This document shows positions 48,966-61,083 of a stretch of DNA of 64,000 bases, piece after piece. The stretch is taken from assembly GCA_951406725.2 (NCBI GenBank), contig OX597815.1, positions 66,464,001-66,528,000 on the forward strand, written 5' to 3'. A program made the position numbers and the translations under genes. Position 1 is the first letter of the stretch, and each line of letters opens with the position of its first letter. Source of the stretch: Octopus vulgaris (lineage: Eukaryota). Below the pieces are notes generated by a model that saw only the letters and a program-made list of their open reading frames with translations, did no database searches and was not told the DNA's origin.

Positions 48966-51538
48966 ATAAATGAAAGAATGGAGTCGAACGAAGATGTTAA
49001 CAAAATTCCTTTACTCTCGACACATGTTTCGAAGACAGCATATTTTCATTCCAAAGGAATAAAGGGTGCATTATGCAATCTTCTCATCAGGAAAGAAAGG
49101 GAGCCTCTCTCAACAAGACACACAAAAATTTCGATGATTGCCTACATGGTAAACAAAGCGATAATGAGTGTTTTTTTTTAAAAATCCGTTAGAAGAATTG
49201 ACGTCAAAAATAGATAGTAGGAGGAAGAGAAGGGATAAAGTAATAATAGGTAGGGAACAGTATGTTTGCTGTATGTATGGAAATGTGTGGGTGTGTGCTT
49301 GTGTTAATGAGTGCGTGTGTTTGTGTGTGTGTATAACTGCATTTGTGTCTGTGTGTGTGATTTTGTGTGTGAGAGAGAGACATCCGTCAAAGATAGATAG
49401 TAGGAAGGGAAGGTATAAGGGAATAATAGGTAGGGAACAAGTGGAGAGGGAAGGGTACGTTGATTGAAAGAATGTTCCAAGGCTTAGTAAAGAATTTCTC
49501 TATAGCAGTGGGGTGGACGTGAAGCTAATTGTTCAAACCACAGTGACTATCGTTATCATTTATATGAGTAGAAAGTGTGTTTCTGCCAGTGTTTACATTT
49601 GTACGTTTTTCTATGAGTGTGTTTACTAGGGGAACCTTATCGAAAAGAATATGGAAGAGTTCAGAGTTACAAATGTTACAAAATCTCCTGCCCTTATTAA
49701 AAGGAAAGGATACAGACGATATGAACCAATCTAACTTGAAAATTATATTGTTGTCTTTAAGACGCCAAACTAATTTACTTAGCCCTGTACTATGTCGTTT
49801 TTTCCTATCCCTGAATGTTGAATAGTGGTTTGAAATTCTCTTGGATAACTGGGAAGTGGACACTCCTATATAGAAGACATCGGTACCAGAAGAAATTCTA
49901 CACTGGTAAATGGAATTCTTAATCTTAGAATTACTAGACAAAAATTTAATTCTGTTGGGGTTGTCCTCCGAGATCGAGACGAAGTTTTTATTGTTATGAT
50001 TGTTGTTACTATTATTATTAGCGCTAACAACTACACTATTTCTATTATTATTAGTATTATTAATGGTATTACAACCAGCAATACCACCGACAATAATACC
50101 GTTATTGTTGTTACCATCAACACTACCATTGTTATTAACACGATTAATACTATTTTTAATATTATCATTGTTAACACTTTCGCTGCTACTAATGCTGCTA
50201 CTATTAATACTATTCCTATTATTATGATTGTATGATGGGTTGGAATTAGCAAGATTAGTGTTGGAACTCCCGGGTGAAGAATCTTTGTTTAGCAGCTTGG
50301 TATTGTGGGAAGATATAACTTGTGAACGATTCCTAGTGTTAGAGAAAGCTATTCTGACCTTGTGGGAATTGATAATAGAATGATATCTAGAATTTCTGGG
50401 AAAGTTCCTAGCAACGGCTTCACGGAACTGTAAGGGAAGGTTCGATTTAATTTGTTTTCCGAAAGGTATTACAAACCAGATACAGTTTTTTGTGGCCTTT
50501 GAATTGTTCTTACAGTTGTTTGTGATAGTAAGGGGAAAATTTCTGGGTTGGAAATTTGGGGTTGCATGGTGCTTACCTCCCCTAGTCCGTAAAGAATTTA
50601 TTTTATGTACAGGGTTGCTGGCACTATTAGAATTGAAATCATTATTCCTATTACGAGTAACTTTACTATCTGGAGAAGCAGATGTTGGTTTAGAATGAGC
50701 TGGGTTGATGTATGACACTTTCTCCTTATAACCGGCTCTTGACAAGGCGGCGTTATAGAAGTCTGCCTTTTGGTTAAAGATGTCGACATTAGCAGATAAT
50801 TTGGACAGTCTCAGAGATATGTTTTTAACTAAATTATCGGTAATTGGCTTGGCATGATTACTGAAAATGCTGATATACTTAAGATTAGTGGAAGGTTTAT
50901 GATAAAACCGGCAACATATATAAGCTTACCAAGAGCCATTATTTAGAACTGCTCAAAAAGGAGATACATAAGAATTACAGGACCACCAGTAGGAATACTC
51001 TCAGGCAAACCAACTTAGAAACTAAGCAGATTATGGAGACTTACGGATTACAGATGAAGACGGAACCATTGAACCCCAGGCAACCCAGATTCATCTTAAA
51101 GGACCACAAACAGAACTTTCATACTAACCCAGCATTGCGGCTCATATGCCCTTCCAGTTCAGACATCGGTACCCTTAGTAAATACATATTAGATAAGTAT
51201 ATCCCTATATTAATTAATAAATTAAAACTTAGCTTATGGTCCAATTCTGTTCAAGTCGTAGATTGGTTTACTTCTATTACTGATAAGGCCAACACTAAAT
51301 TTATCCAATTCGATATATCTAGTTTCTATTCTTCAATCAACCCTATTATACTTAATAAGGCCCTATGGCACGCACACAATAAGGCAGGCCTCTCCAGGGA
51401 GGAAATTAGTGTGACATTGACTGCTAGGAAATCTTTCATCCAGTTCGATAGCAAGTTGTGGGTCCGTAGAGATACCCCTAATGCGTTTGATGTACTAATG
51501 GGACGTACAGACAGCGCCCAGATAGCCGATTTGGCTAT
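48963..51538. mobile_element. Penelope-like element (Naiad-like) with inverted 5' segment
   Basis: Minus strand about 50915-49525: RT thumb/linker (YHKP..SNH, IWF..PF) and GIY-YIG endonuclease (SIY..YIG..KRISNH..STGLSK.VW..CNIC.E). Plus strand about 50918-51538: RT N-half (LKDHK, RLICP, FDISSFYSSI, FDVLMG). Both ends abut TA/CA microsatellites. Confidence 0.9.
49008..49100 (-). ncRNA. Type I hammerhead ribozyme in the PLE 3' region
   Basis: cctttctttc CTGATGA gaagattgcata...tatgctgtcttc GAAA catgtg TC gagagtaaagg. All three helices pair and helix III is palindromic (ACATGT). Confidence 0.88.
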
Positions 51539-52920
51539 ATATACACATATACATATATACATACATATATGCACATATGTATACACACACATATACACAC
51601 ACATATATATACACACATACACACACACTTATATAAACAGTTATGAGGGAAAAAATTGGATCTTGTGAATTTTCCCAAGTCCTCTCTCCCCACCCTTTGG
51701 AAAAGATTTTCCTCACAAATTTATAATCGTAATGTATGCCGTTTGAAATGTATTTAATCTTTTACTCTTTTACTTGTTTCATGACTGCGGCCATGCTGGA
51801 GAACCCGGAACCATGAGGATGGTAAGCAAGCTACTTACCACACAGCCCCTCCTGCGCCTATTTCTATAAAATTTCATTGAAAAAACCCATTCTACTAAAA
51901 GTTACGAGGGAAAAACTCGGATTTTGTGGATTTCCCCACAAATTTCATCCCAATCTTCGCCTTTTTCTACGTATTTCATAAAAAAAAAATTGGGAAAATT
52001 TCCGGGAAAAGTGAAAAATGAAGAGTGGGAGGGTGAACTGAAGTTTTGAAAATGCGATTTTTTTAAAAAAAATTTCAGAATCGGATCCTCCATAACCAAA
52101 AACGTGGGATCCCGTAAAAAAAATCAATATATATCCATTTTCCCGAAAGTTATGACGGAAAAATCGAATCTTGTGAAGTTACTGAAAGTCCTCTCCCCAT
52201 CCCCCAGGTTCGTTTTTGTCATATTCGTTTTCTACACAATTGTTAACACCCAGCAGGCTGGGGATTTTGTGTTTTTGTTAACGGGTGAAGATCTTTATAT
52301 TAACCCACAAAGGTTACCCATTCCTGCACTAAACTTTAAAATACCACGTTTAACTTTCAGTTTTCCAAAAGCTTTTACAGAACCCAATTCCCACTCTAAA
52401 TCAGTGGTGGGGAACCCCCGCGGGCTGATACATTCGTCTGTACAAAATATAGTAAACTTTTCGATTATAAAATTTATACAATATTCGTATACCTATTTGC
52501 GACATAGGTCGCATTTCCACTGCGATTTAAAATGGTTAGACTCGAACAGAAAATCGTCTGGTAATTGCCAAGTGAATCGACATTTTATTTTCATTATAAA
52601 ACACATATTACTTTCACTATAAAACACCCACTTGAGACCCAACTACACTCTAGCTGAAAAATAAAGAATATCTCGAAAGTAATATAAACGTCCTAAATTC
52701 GGTGGCGGCCTTAATGAGATGTTGCGCGTTAACTTAATGTGTTAATCTTATCTTTATTAATGTATATCGAATTATACATAGATATATGCAAGATTTACAC
52801 AGTTAGAACTTGTGATCCACCCGCGATCCTTTTTCTTTGGAAATTTTTACCCGCCGCACTAAAAAGTTTCCCCACTCCTGCTCTAAATAGATAATAAATA
52901 ATAAGATAAATAAATTCTCC

Positions 52921-53205
52921 ACTCACCTTCGATGTAAAAAATGCAAAAGTTGTTGTCGATTAAGTTTTGCACGGGAGAAAAACTTTGTCGGATGTTTTTT
53001 GTTGTTTTTTCTTTTAGGTAAACAATAAAGAATCCAATGAAGCAAAAAGTCGATATAAGCAAACAGTAAATAGAAGTTCATAGAGCGAAATAAACTAATT
53101 TGCCGGAAGAAGGAAATGTTTATCAGAAACACTAAATGGATTTGAAGTGACAGAAAGAAAACAAAAGAAAGAAGAAATTGACAGTGTCTAAGGGAAATAA
53201 GCAAG
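52921..53205 (-). promoter_or_regulatory. Probable non-coding first exon/promoter of the propeller gene
   Basis: Consensus donor GAAG|GTGAGT (exon end 52927), CpG-rich unique DNA at 52.4-53.25 kb, and AAGGGAAATAA at 53190-53200. Confidence 0.5.
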
Positions 53206-53289
53206 GAGGACTACGTATCATTATCTTTGCCGTCAGCTGTCACGACTGTGACTGTTCGTGGCTTTGGCATGACTTAAACTTTCTCCAAA

Positions 53290-55650
53290 TTCGTCTGTTT
53301 TTCACTTGGGTTTGCTATTTATTATGATCAATTCCTTTCCACCTCACATTCCTTTTTGTAGTATATTTGAATCTCAGTCTAGATTTTCTATAGTTTCTTT
53401 TCCTCTTGCATAGTTGGAAGTAAAGGATTTGTCTGGGGAATTTGTTTTTCATCTTGTGTACGTGACCCAACCAACGTAAATTTCTATCAATGAGGATTTC
53501 CATCATAGGAGGTAGACCAACACGCCGTAAGGTCTTTTCATTCTTGATCTTGTCAAGGAGAGCGATATTCATAATTCGTCGTATCTGTCTCTTCATATAT
53601 GCATGTAACTTGTCTACTTTAGCTTTGCAGACCGTTCAGGTTTTAGCACATTGCAGCAGGGAAGAAATCATTATAGCCTGGTATACCTTACATTTGACAC
53701 GTATAGAAACATTTCTATTTTTCCACAGCCTCCCCTACAGCCTGCTCATTTTGTGTGATTTTTTTTGGTCCAGTCGTGCATTATGTGAGATGGTGCTGCC
53801 TGGGTATTTGAATGCTTTGCACTGGGCCAACCTTACATCTCTAATAGCAATATTTTCTCTGTTACAGGAAAGTTAGGTTCTCCATATGTTGGTAAAGACA
53901 TTCGATTTTTCTGAGGTTAATCTTTAAGTTGAACTGTTGTGCAACTCTAGCAAAGTTAATTTCCAGTTTCTGTATACCTTCAGCAGTGTGGGCAACAAAG
54001 CACACTATCATCAGCGAACAGTATCTCTCGTACAAGGGCCTTCGTAGTGCGCGTCTTGGCTTTACATTGAACGGATCAGCATTATACCTGCTCCGGGTGT
54101 AAATCCCACCTCCAATTCCCTCAAAGGCAACTTCCAACACTGCTGCCAGATTGAAAAACGGTGCTGGAGCTAGTACGATTCACGGAATGCTGTGTCAAAA
54201 TCCCTTGTGAAATATATGAATACTGCATATCAGTGGCGGCTCGTAGATAAAATTAGTGGGGGCGCTGCTTCAGAAAATTTTTAGCCGTTGTTTTAATATT
54301 GTGTAAAAGGAAACAAACATATAAAACGAAAATTTATACATAAATTTGATCGGATGGTGTCTAATCCACTGCCAGGTAGTGTGTTTCATTTATTCACTGA
54401 ACATCACTACGAATTCCCCCTAAATCACAAAATAAGGGGGTGGAAATCTGCCCTATTTTTCAAATCCTGACAGCAAGACTATAACTGGAAGAAGGATGAT
54501 AATCTGATTCAACACTTTATCACATTCAAGAATATAAACACGTTTTAAAGCACAACACACGCGGAGTCAAAAAGAAACACTACCTTTCACCAGCACACCA
54601 GGGTCGGCACTGTCTGAATCACAGTACTCTCTCTCCCTAGCGTGCAGTTTCCTATCTCGGACATGTGCGCATGCATACAACAGCCAAACACCGCGATGCT
54701 GGAACTGTGAAGCGCACAGTTCCATACAAGGATTTTTGCATTTTTTTAATAAACTAGGGGATGACTACTGATATTAAGCTTGAGGATTATATAATGTACA
54801 AGCATAAAGAAAGAATTAAAGAAATAAGGACTCATTATATTGAATGTTATCAATAATATCGAGTGAAAATAGGGGGTGCAGCAGTTCCGCAGTGCCTATA
54901 CACGAGCCGCCACTGCTGCATACATAGGCATGTCCTGCTCAATGCATTTTTCCTGAATTTGGCGAAAACAGAAGACATGCACACAGTGCTTCTACCGCGA
55001 CGGAAGTCACACTGAGTCTGAGGTAAGACATTTGGACAGATATACTAATTTAGTCTGTTCAGTAGAATATTAGCCAAGATCTCAGTTATTGATAAAAGTG
55101 ATATTTCTCAGTAGATTCCACAGTCCGTTCTACAAACTTTTTTGAAGATAGGAACGATACCTGCGTCTTTCCAGTCTTGTGGAACTGTTTCCGTTCCCCA
55201 GATCTGGAGCACAATGCTTTAGAGGCTTTCAATAAGCTTCACACCTCCATGCTTCCCGACTGCAGCGGGTATGTTACATTTGCCTGGTGCTTTACCTTCT
55301 TTCATTTGTTTGATTGCATCATTGAATTCCTTGTAAATAGTTTGTCATCTAAGGATTGGATGGCTAGTTGTTGTGTAACCTTCTCAAAGGCGGTATAGTC
55401 CATAAAACCTGAGATATCAAGTAACCTGTTAAAATGATTGGTAAAGCTATCTAAGATCTCTGATTTTCATGGAGTACCGTTTTGCCGTCAAGAGCTATCA
55501 GTTTTGTTGTGCCTCTTCTCGAAGTTCTGAGTAAAATGCTTTCATATCGTTTTTATCTGCATAGTACCGTACCTCTTCAGCTTTGGCCTCTCACCAATCT
55601 GATTTCAGTTTTGTGGCAACTTCCTTCTTGCTTCTACCAGTTTTCCTTTG
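53290..55650 (-). mobile_element. Old RTE (BovB-like) LINE remnant interrupted by a hAT MITE
   Basis: LRWLGHVHKM..FPRQILY, VAHTAEGIQKL...FNLKINLRK, and FRQIQEKCIEQ...F..FT..FDT spanning the MITE insertion. Confidence 0.8.
54231..54915. mobile_element. hAT-type MITE
   Basis: 14-bp perfect TIR cagtggcggctcgt and 8-bp TSD ctgcatat/ctgcatac. Confidence 0.9.
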
Positions 55651-56228
55651 TTTGAATATTTTTTATATTTAACTTTAGTCAAACGTGTGTCCTTGTGGTT
55701 AAGATGTTGCACTCACGATTGGAAGCCTGGGTGGGGTTGTGTTCTTGAGCAAAATATTTTATTTTACATTGCTCCAGTTCACTCAGCTGCTAATTAATTG
55801 ACCCTGCGGCAAAATAACGTTGTGATCTCGGACAATAATACGCTTTGCAAAACAGGTAAACGGTCCTATGAGTCTTAGGAATCGAGACTTTAATGCCCAG
55901 GGGTTGTTGATGATTAGTTACATCCCAGTGTAAAACTGACAGAATCGTTAGGGCTTTGTACCTTTTGATCTGATTCTCTACGAATTGCGTTAAAATTTCA
56001 CCAACTTTCTTTTCTGCTTTTTCTTTTTGTCCTTTTTTTGTATCAATGAGATAGTACCAATCCAGATCCAGGAAATTTTAAGCAGTTTTTGTTCTGAGCT
56101 TTTGTACTCTAGCAATAGTTTCAAACTTTGATACAAAACCAGCAACTTTAGAGGAGGAGGAAGACGCTTACAATTTTATTTAATATGGTCGAGTAGTATT
56201 CGGACATGCAAACATGTAAAGATAATAC

Positions 56229-57196
56229 TGTAGCGCAACTGATATCCTCACTGTTTGAGAGACACATTAAGAATAATCTCGTGTGAGATTACAACCATCT
56301 TTGGCTAGTTTGACTCTGTTGTGTCCACTGCTCTGATTGGTTGGCATTTGGCGCGGTTTGTCTTTCGACTTATTTCGCGCCAGTGTGTAAGCCAACCAAT
56401 CACAGTCTTCGGATAAGGTCTGCTTCATTTGAGCCTACCCCAGGCTTTAAAAGGGCGAGATCAACAACCGTCCAGGTCTTTGGCTCTAGAACTTCTAAGG
56501 TCTAGTCACTGACCACCGAGCTACTCAGCCATGTTCCAGTTCCAGCGACAGATGACCAGCCAGACAGCCATGCTCCTGCTTCAGCCATGACGACGCTAAT
56601 ATACACCAGCAGCGTAGGACGTCTCCACCATTACCACCGTCAACTTCAAATATGTACACAACAACATCGTCCAGGTTTAAATTCCACGCTGTTTGTGAAT
56701 ATTTCAGCGAGGTAAAACAGTTACAGTCTACCTGAAAGAACTTTCTGTATCAAGAGACTCGACACGGCATTGAAGCCACAAACCGCTGCACGACATGTAC
56801 CCAACCGGCCTCTGCCTAGTGTCCACAACATCTTGTTATAGAACTCTTGCTATCGTGTACGTCACTTACGAACTGGTAAATAAATTCCCTCTTAACTCAA
56901 TATGCTGATCTTATGCTCTGTATTCTGTTTTATACGTATACACCTCTGTCGCATACACCTATGCGCATGCATTCAGACACTACACTTTGCTAGCACCCAT
57001 ACTTTATCTCTGTACACATTGTAAATAAAGTCTTCTTCTCTCTCAAACAGTAGAACGGTTTGTCGTCCTCATTTATTCCTTTTGGCATTGTGTTTTATAT
57101 TATGTATTTGGCTTCTTATTTTGTTAGGGGCGACCGTGCGGCGTTAAAAAAGAGACATTTGTCACCAACTCCTTACGTACGGTCGTATTCCCTACA
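56229..57196 (+). mobile_element. Solo LTR (968 bp)
   Basis: TGTAG...CTACA termini, 4-bp TSD ATAC, CCAAT boxes, a TTTAAAA box and AATAAA near 57024. Confidence 0.88.
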
Positions 57197-57469
57197 ATAC
57201 GAACGCTGCACAATTCTCCTTATAGGACAATAAAAATCTGAATCAGTTGGTGATATAATACGTATTAGATAATTACTGGCATTGATTCTTACCTTTCCAC
57301 GAGATTTTTATTTATACCACAGCCATTTTCACTTAAGATAAGGTTTCTATGATCACCATCTCTCTCTACCCTTCTCCCCCCCTCTCTCTCTCTCTCTCTC
57401 TCTTTCTCCCCACTCTCTCGTTTCTTTGTTATAATAGATCAACCATAACGTTATCTTATTTGGTAGAGT

Positions 57470-57838
57470 AGGGAGGCACAATGGCCCAGTAGTTAAGGCA
57501 GCGGTCTCGCAGTTTCGATTCCCAGACCAAGCGTTATAAGTGTTTATTGAGCGAAAACACCTCAATCTCCACTAGGCTCTGGCAGGGGGTAATGGCGAAA
57601 CCTGCTGTACTCTTTCACAACAACTTGCTCTCGCTCTTTCTTCCTGTTTCTGCTGTACCTGTATTTCAAAGGGCCAGCCTTGTCACACTCTGTGTCACGC
57701 TGAATCTCCCTGAGAACTACGTTAAAGGTATACGTGTCTGTGGAGTGCTCAGCCACTTGCACGTTAATTTCATGAGCAAGTTGTTCCATTGATCGGATCA
57801 ACTGGAACCCTCGTCGTCGTATCTGACCGAGTGCCACG
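57470..57838 (+). mobile_element. tRNA-derived SINE, third family
   Basis: Head ggaggcacaatggcccagtagttaagg...gtttcgattccc. Confidence 0.7.
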
Positions 57839-57854
57839 TATTTTGCAGAGTCTA

Positions 57855-58260
57855 AGGTGGTGAGCTGGCAGAATCCTTAGTGGTGAGAATTTACAATTAA
57901 AAAAAAAGACGAAGATGGGTCTGTAAACAACAAACAGATGTATTAGTTTAACGCTCGGGAAGTGAGAAAGTCTTTTACGTTTCGAACCTACGCTCTTCGA
58001 CAGAAAGGAACATAGAAATAAATAGGGAGAGAAAATAGAAAAAGGTATAATGGCTAGTGATCTATCATACGTCGGGCGAAATGCTTAGCGATATTTAGTC
58101 CGCCATGGCGGTCTGAGTTCAAATTCCGCCGAGGTCGACTTTGTCTTACATCCTTTCGGGGTCAATAAATTAAGTACCAGTGAAACACTGGGGTCCATTT
58201 AATCGACTAGTCCCTTCCCCCAAAATTTCAGGCCTTGTGTCTTTAGTAGAAAGGATTATT
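57855..58260 (+). mobile_element. Nin-domain SINE interrupted (57881-58068) by a hammerhead-bearing fragment
   Basis: Head ggtggtgagctggcagaatccttag resumes as acgtcgggcgaaatgcttagcg...gaggtcgactttg...catcctttcggggtcaataa. Confidence 0.8.
57972..58007 (-). ncRNA. Minimal hammerhead-like motif with variant core (CUGUCGA)
   Basis: cttt CTGTCGA a gagc gtag gttc GAAA cg TA aaag. Confidence 0.5.
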
Positions 58261-58879
58261 TGGTAGAGTCAAGGCGGTGATTCAACAGAATCGTTAGCGC
58301 GTCAGACAAAATGCTTAGTGGCATTTTTTCCGGCTCAACTTTGCCCTTTCATCCGTTTGGGGTCAATAAAATAAAATACCAATCAGGAACTAGGACCAAT
58401 GTAAACAACTATTACTCTCCCACAAGAAATTGCTGGCCTTGTGCCGACATTTAAAATCATTATTTGGCAGAATAATCAGAGCATGGGACAAAATCATTTG
58501 CAGTATCTGTTCCGACATTTTATGCTCTGAGTTCAAATCCCACTGCAATCAAGTATGCACTGTGTCGTTTCGGTGCCGATAAAATCAAGTATCAGTCAAG
58601 TTCTGGAGTCGCTATAATCGACTTCTCCTCTCAAAAATTATTGGTTTTGTGCCTAAATTAGAAATAAATATTTGGCAGAATCGTTTGAGCGTCGAGTAAA
58701 ATGCCTTGCGATATTTGTTGTGGCATTTTGTTTTGAGTTCTAATCCCACCGTGGAATAGTTTGCTTTTATCAGTGAATTTCTGAGGTTGAATACCTTCTT
58801 AATCTGTCAGATATTATGGTGTTAATATAATATGTATTCTACATCATTTGCACAATATGAAGTATATGCCACTAGCATT

Positions 58880-59290
58880 GCCCAAACAACCTTAACAGCA
58901 AATTCGTAATCCATCAAAGGCTAGGACCCCGTACCATATGCCCCCCCACACCCACACACATACACAATTCACACTCATAACACATAAATACAATGCAACA
59001 CAATTACTTTTCCTCAACAGTCCCGGCTCTGTTTAACATTACCCCAAAACAAATCAAAGAAAAAGATTCCATAGCTTTCAAACGAAATCTGGACAAATTT
59101 CTTCAAGGGATACTAAACAAACCACTTCTACCTGGATACATCCCAGTCAACAACAACTCCCTATTTGAATGGGTCATGCTACTACAAAAGTTGACTTTAA
59201 AATGACCTAATAGATTCTATCAGGTGGTGCTACTAAGTTAGACGTATCCGGGACCAGCTGTTGGTCGAAACATATCTAAGTTTATTTTAT
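58880..59290 (+). mobile_element. CR1-like LINE 3' remnant
   Basis: PALFNITPKQI...FKRNLDKFL...PGY...NNSL.EW, typical of a CR1-group ORF2 C-terminus. Confidence 0.6.
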
Positions 59291-59342
59291 TCTATGTAAC
59301 AATCAGAATAGACAAATAACGCAACCAGATATCTACTTTATA

Positions 59343-60928
59343 ATAATACGTTACACCATTTAACACTTATTGATTTAGGAGCACGTACTGTAAAATCAGA
59401 GAAGATAAGATCTTAGCAAATTGAGATTATGATTCCTAATTCTAAGTGAATAATTCAACAAACATATATCAGCAATACTATCATTCCTTGTTTGTGGGGG
59501 TGGTGTAGTACCTACGCATTACAGTTCCTCATTTTGGAATGAGACACTTGGGAACAATTGTGTGGAAGGAAACGGTTTGGCACACCTGGATGGGCATTCT
59601 CTTTTAGCGTCAGTAGTTTTTGATGACAGAGGCAAAAACACAAAAAAAAGTCTCGCGCGTGCACATATATATACATGCATACAGCACGCGCGCGCACACG
59701 AGTACAGAAATATACACATAGAAAGAAAAGGAAAGAGAGAGAGAGAAAGAGAGAGGGGGATTATTAATTGAATACAATTGGCATTAACGCTTTCCCTCCC
59801 CATTCACTTAAAGAGAAGTACACGTAGGCACATAAGCAGAGAGAAAGGTGGGTGAGGAGAGAAACATTTTAACAAGTGAAACATTAAAACGTCTAATGTC
59901 AAATGAATCAGCGTCGAAACGGCATCTATTGAGATCTCTACTAAAACCTACTACTATTGTACCATTGTGTCAAGAAAAAACGCAATATTTATTTTGCTAG
60001 GAGAAGTAGCTACTACCATCAAATTCTCAAGTCATCTCTTCGAAGTCGATAAATAAATACGAAATTGATAAAATAAAAAAGACGTTCCCTGAAAAATGAC
60101 AGTTTTATCCTGGTAAACGAAATAAGTGCTCTCCCTTGCTTATCTCTTTAAAAGTTATTTCCCTTGGCTGTATTGGTTAAAAATAGGTACCGGATCGGAT
60201 TTATTCTGCAACGATAGCGAGCTAGCAGAATCATGAGAGACAAAAACAAAATGCTTTGTGGTATTTCGGCTTGGTGATAATTCCTTCGAGGTCAGCTTTT
60301 CTTTTCATCTTTTTGAGGTCGATAAAATGAAGTACCAGTCAAGTACTGGAGTGAGTGTGGTTGGCAAAACATTTCCTCAGAATTGTTGGCCTTATGCCTG
60401 AATAAGAAATAAATATTTAGAGGTCGATTTTGCCCTTCATTCTTTCAGGGTAAATAAAAATAGACGGCAGTCACACGTAGAAGATTGAATCGGCTGTTTC
60501 CTACATATAGAAATCAATACAGGACAAGGGAACTATGCAAAGCAAAGAGGACTGACCCAAAGCAATTTGCAAAAAAAAAAAAGATGGAAAAAAGACCGTA
60601 TATTTAACAAACAAAGAAAATGTTACAGCGCGTTCGCAACTCTGACGATGGGAGCAGATTTTATGCTTTACGATAATGCGTTACATCATTTAACATTTGT
60701 TGATTTAGGAACTCGAACTGTAAAATTAGAGAAGATAAGATCTTGGCAAATTGAGATAATGACTCTCGATTCTAAGTAAATAATTCAACTGATACATACC
60801 ATAATTCCCTGTTTGTGGGGTGGTGTAGTTCCCCATTATAGTTCGCATTATAGTTCCTCATTTTGAAATGAGACAGTTGGATGCAGCTGAGTGAACGGAA
60901 ACGGTTTGGCACACCTGGATGGATATTC
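59343..60928. repeat. Diverged direct duplication of about 256 bp (59343-59599 and 60673-60928)
   Basis: Colinear copies sharing the identical block ggaaacggtttggcacacctggatgg. Confidence 0.9.
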
Positions 60929-61083
60929 AGCCTATGAGTATAATACCACACACCCACACTCTCACATAGACACATGTATGTATGTATGTATGTATGTATG
61001 TATGTATGTATGTATGTATGTATGTATGTATGTATGTATGTATGTATGTATATATGTATGTATGTATGCATGTATGTATGTCA

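Noticed and set aside
49525-51538. Possible selenoprotein-type Naiad (UGA recoding)
   Set aside because: No in-frame TGA at conserved Cys positions in the visible segments, and no SECIS recognised.
52104-52622. 172-aa plus-strand ORF
   Set aside because: GTG start, no domain signal, overlaps repeat and promoter DNA. Probably a chance ORF.
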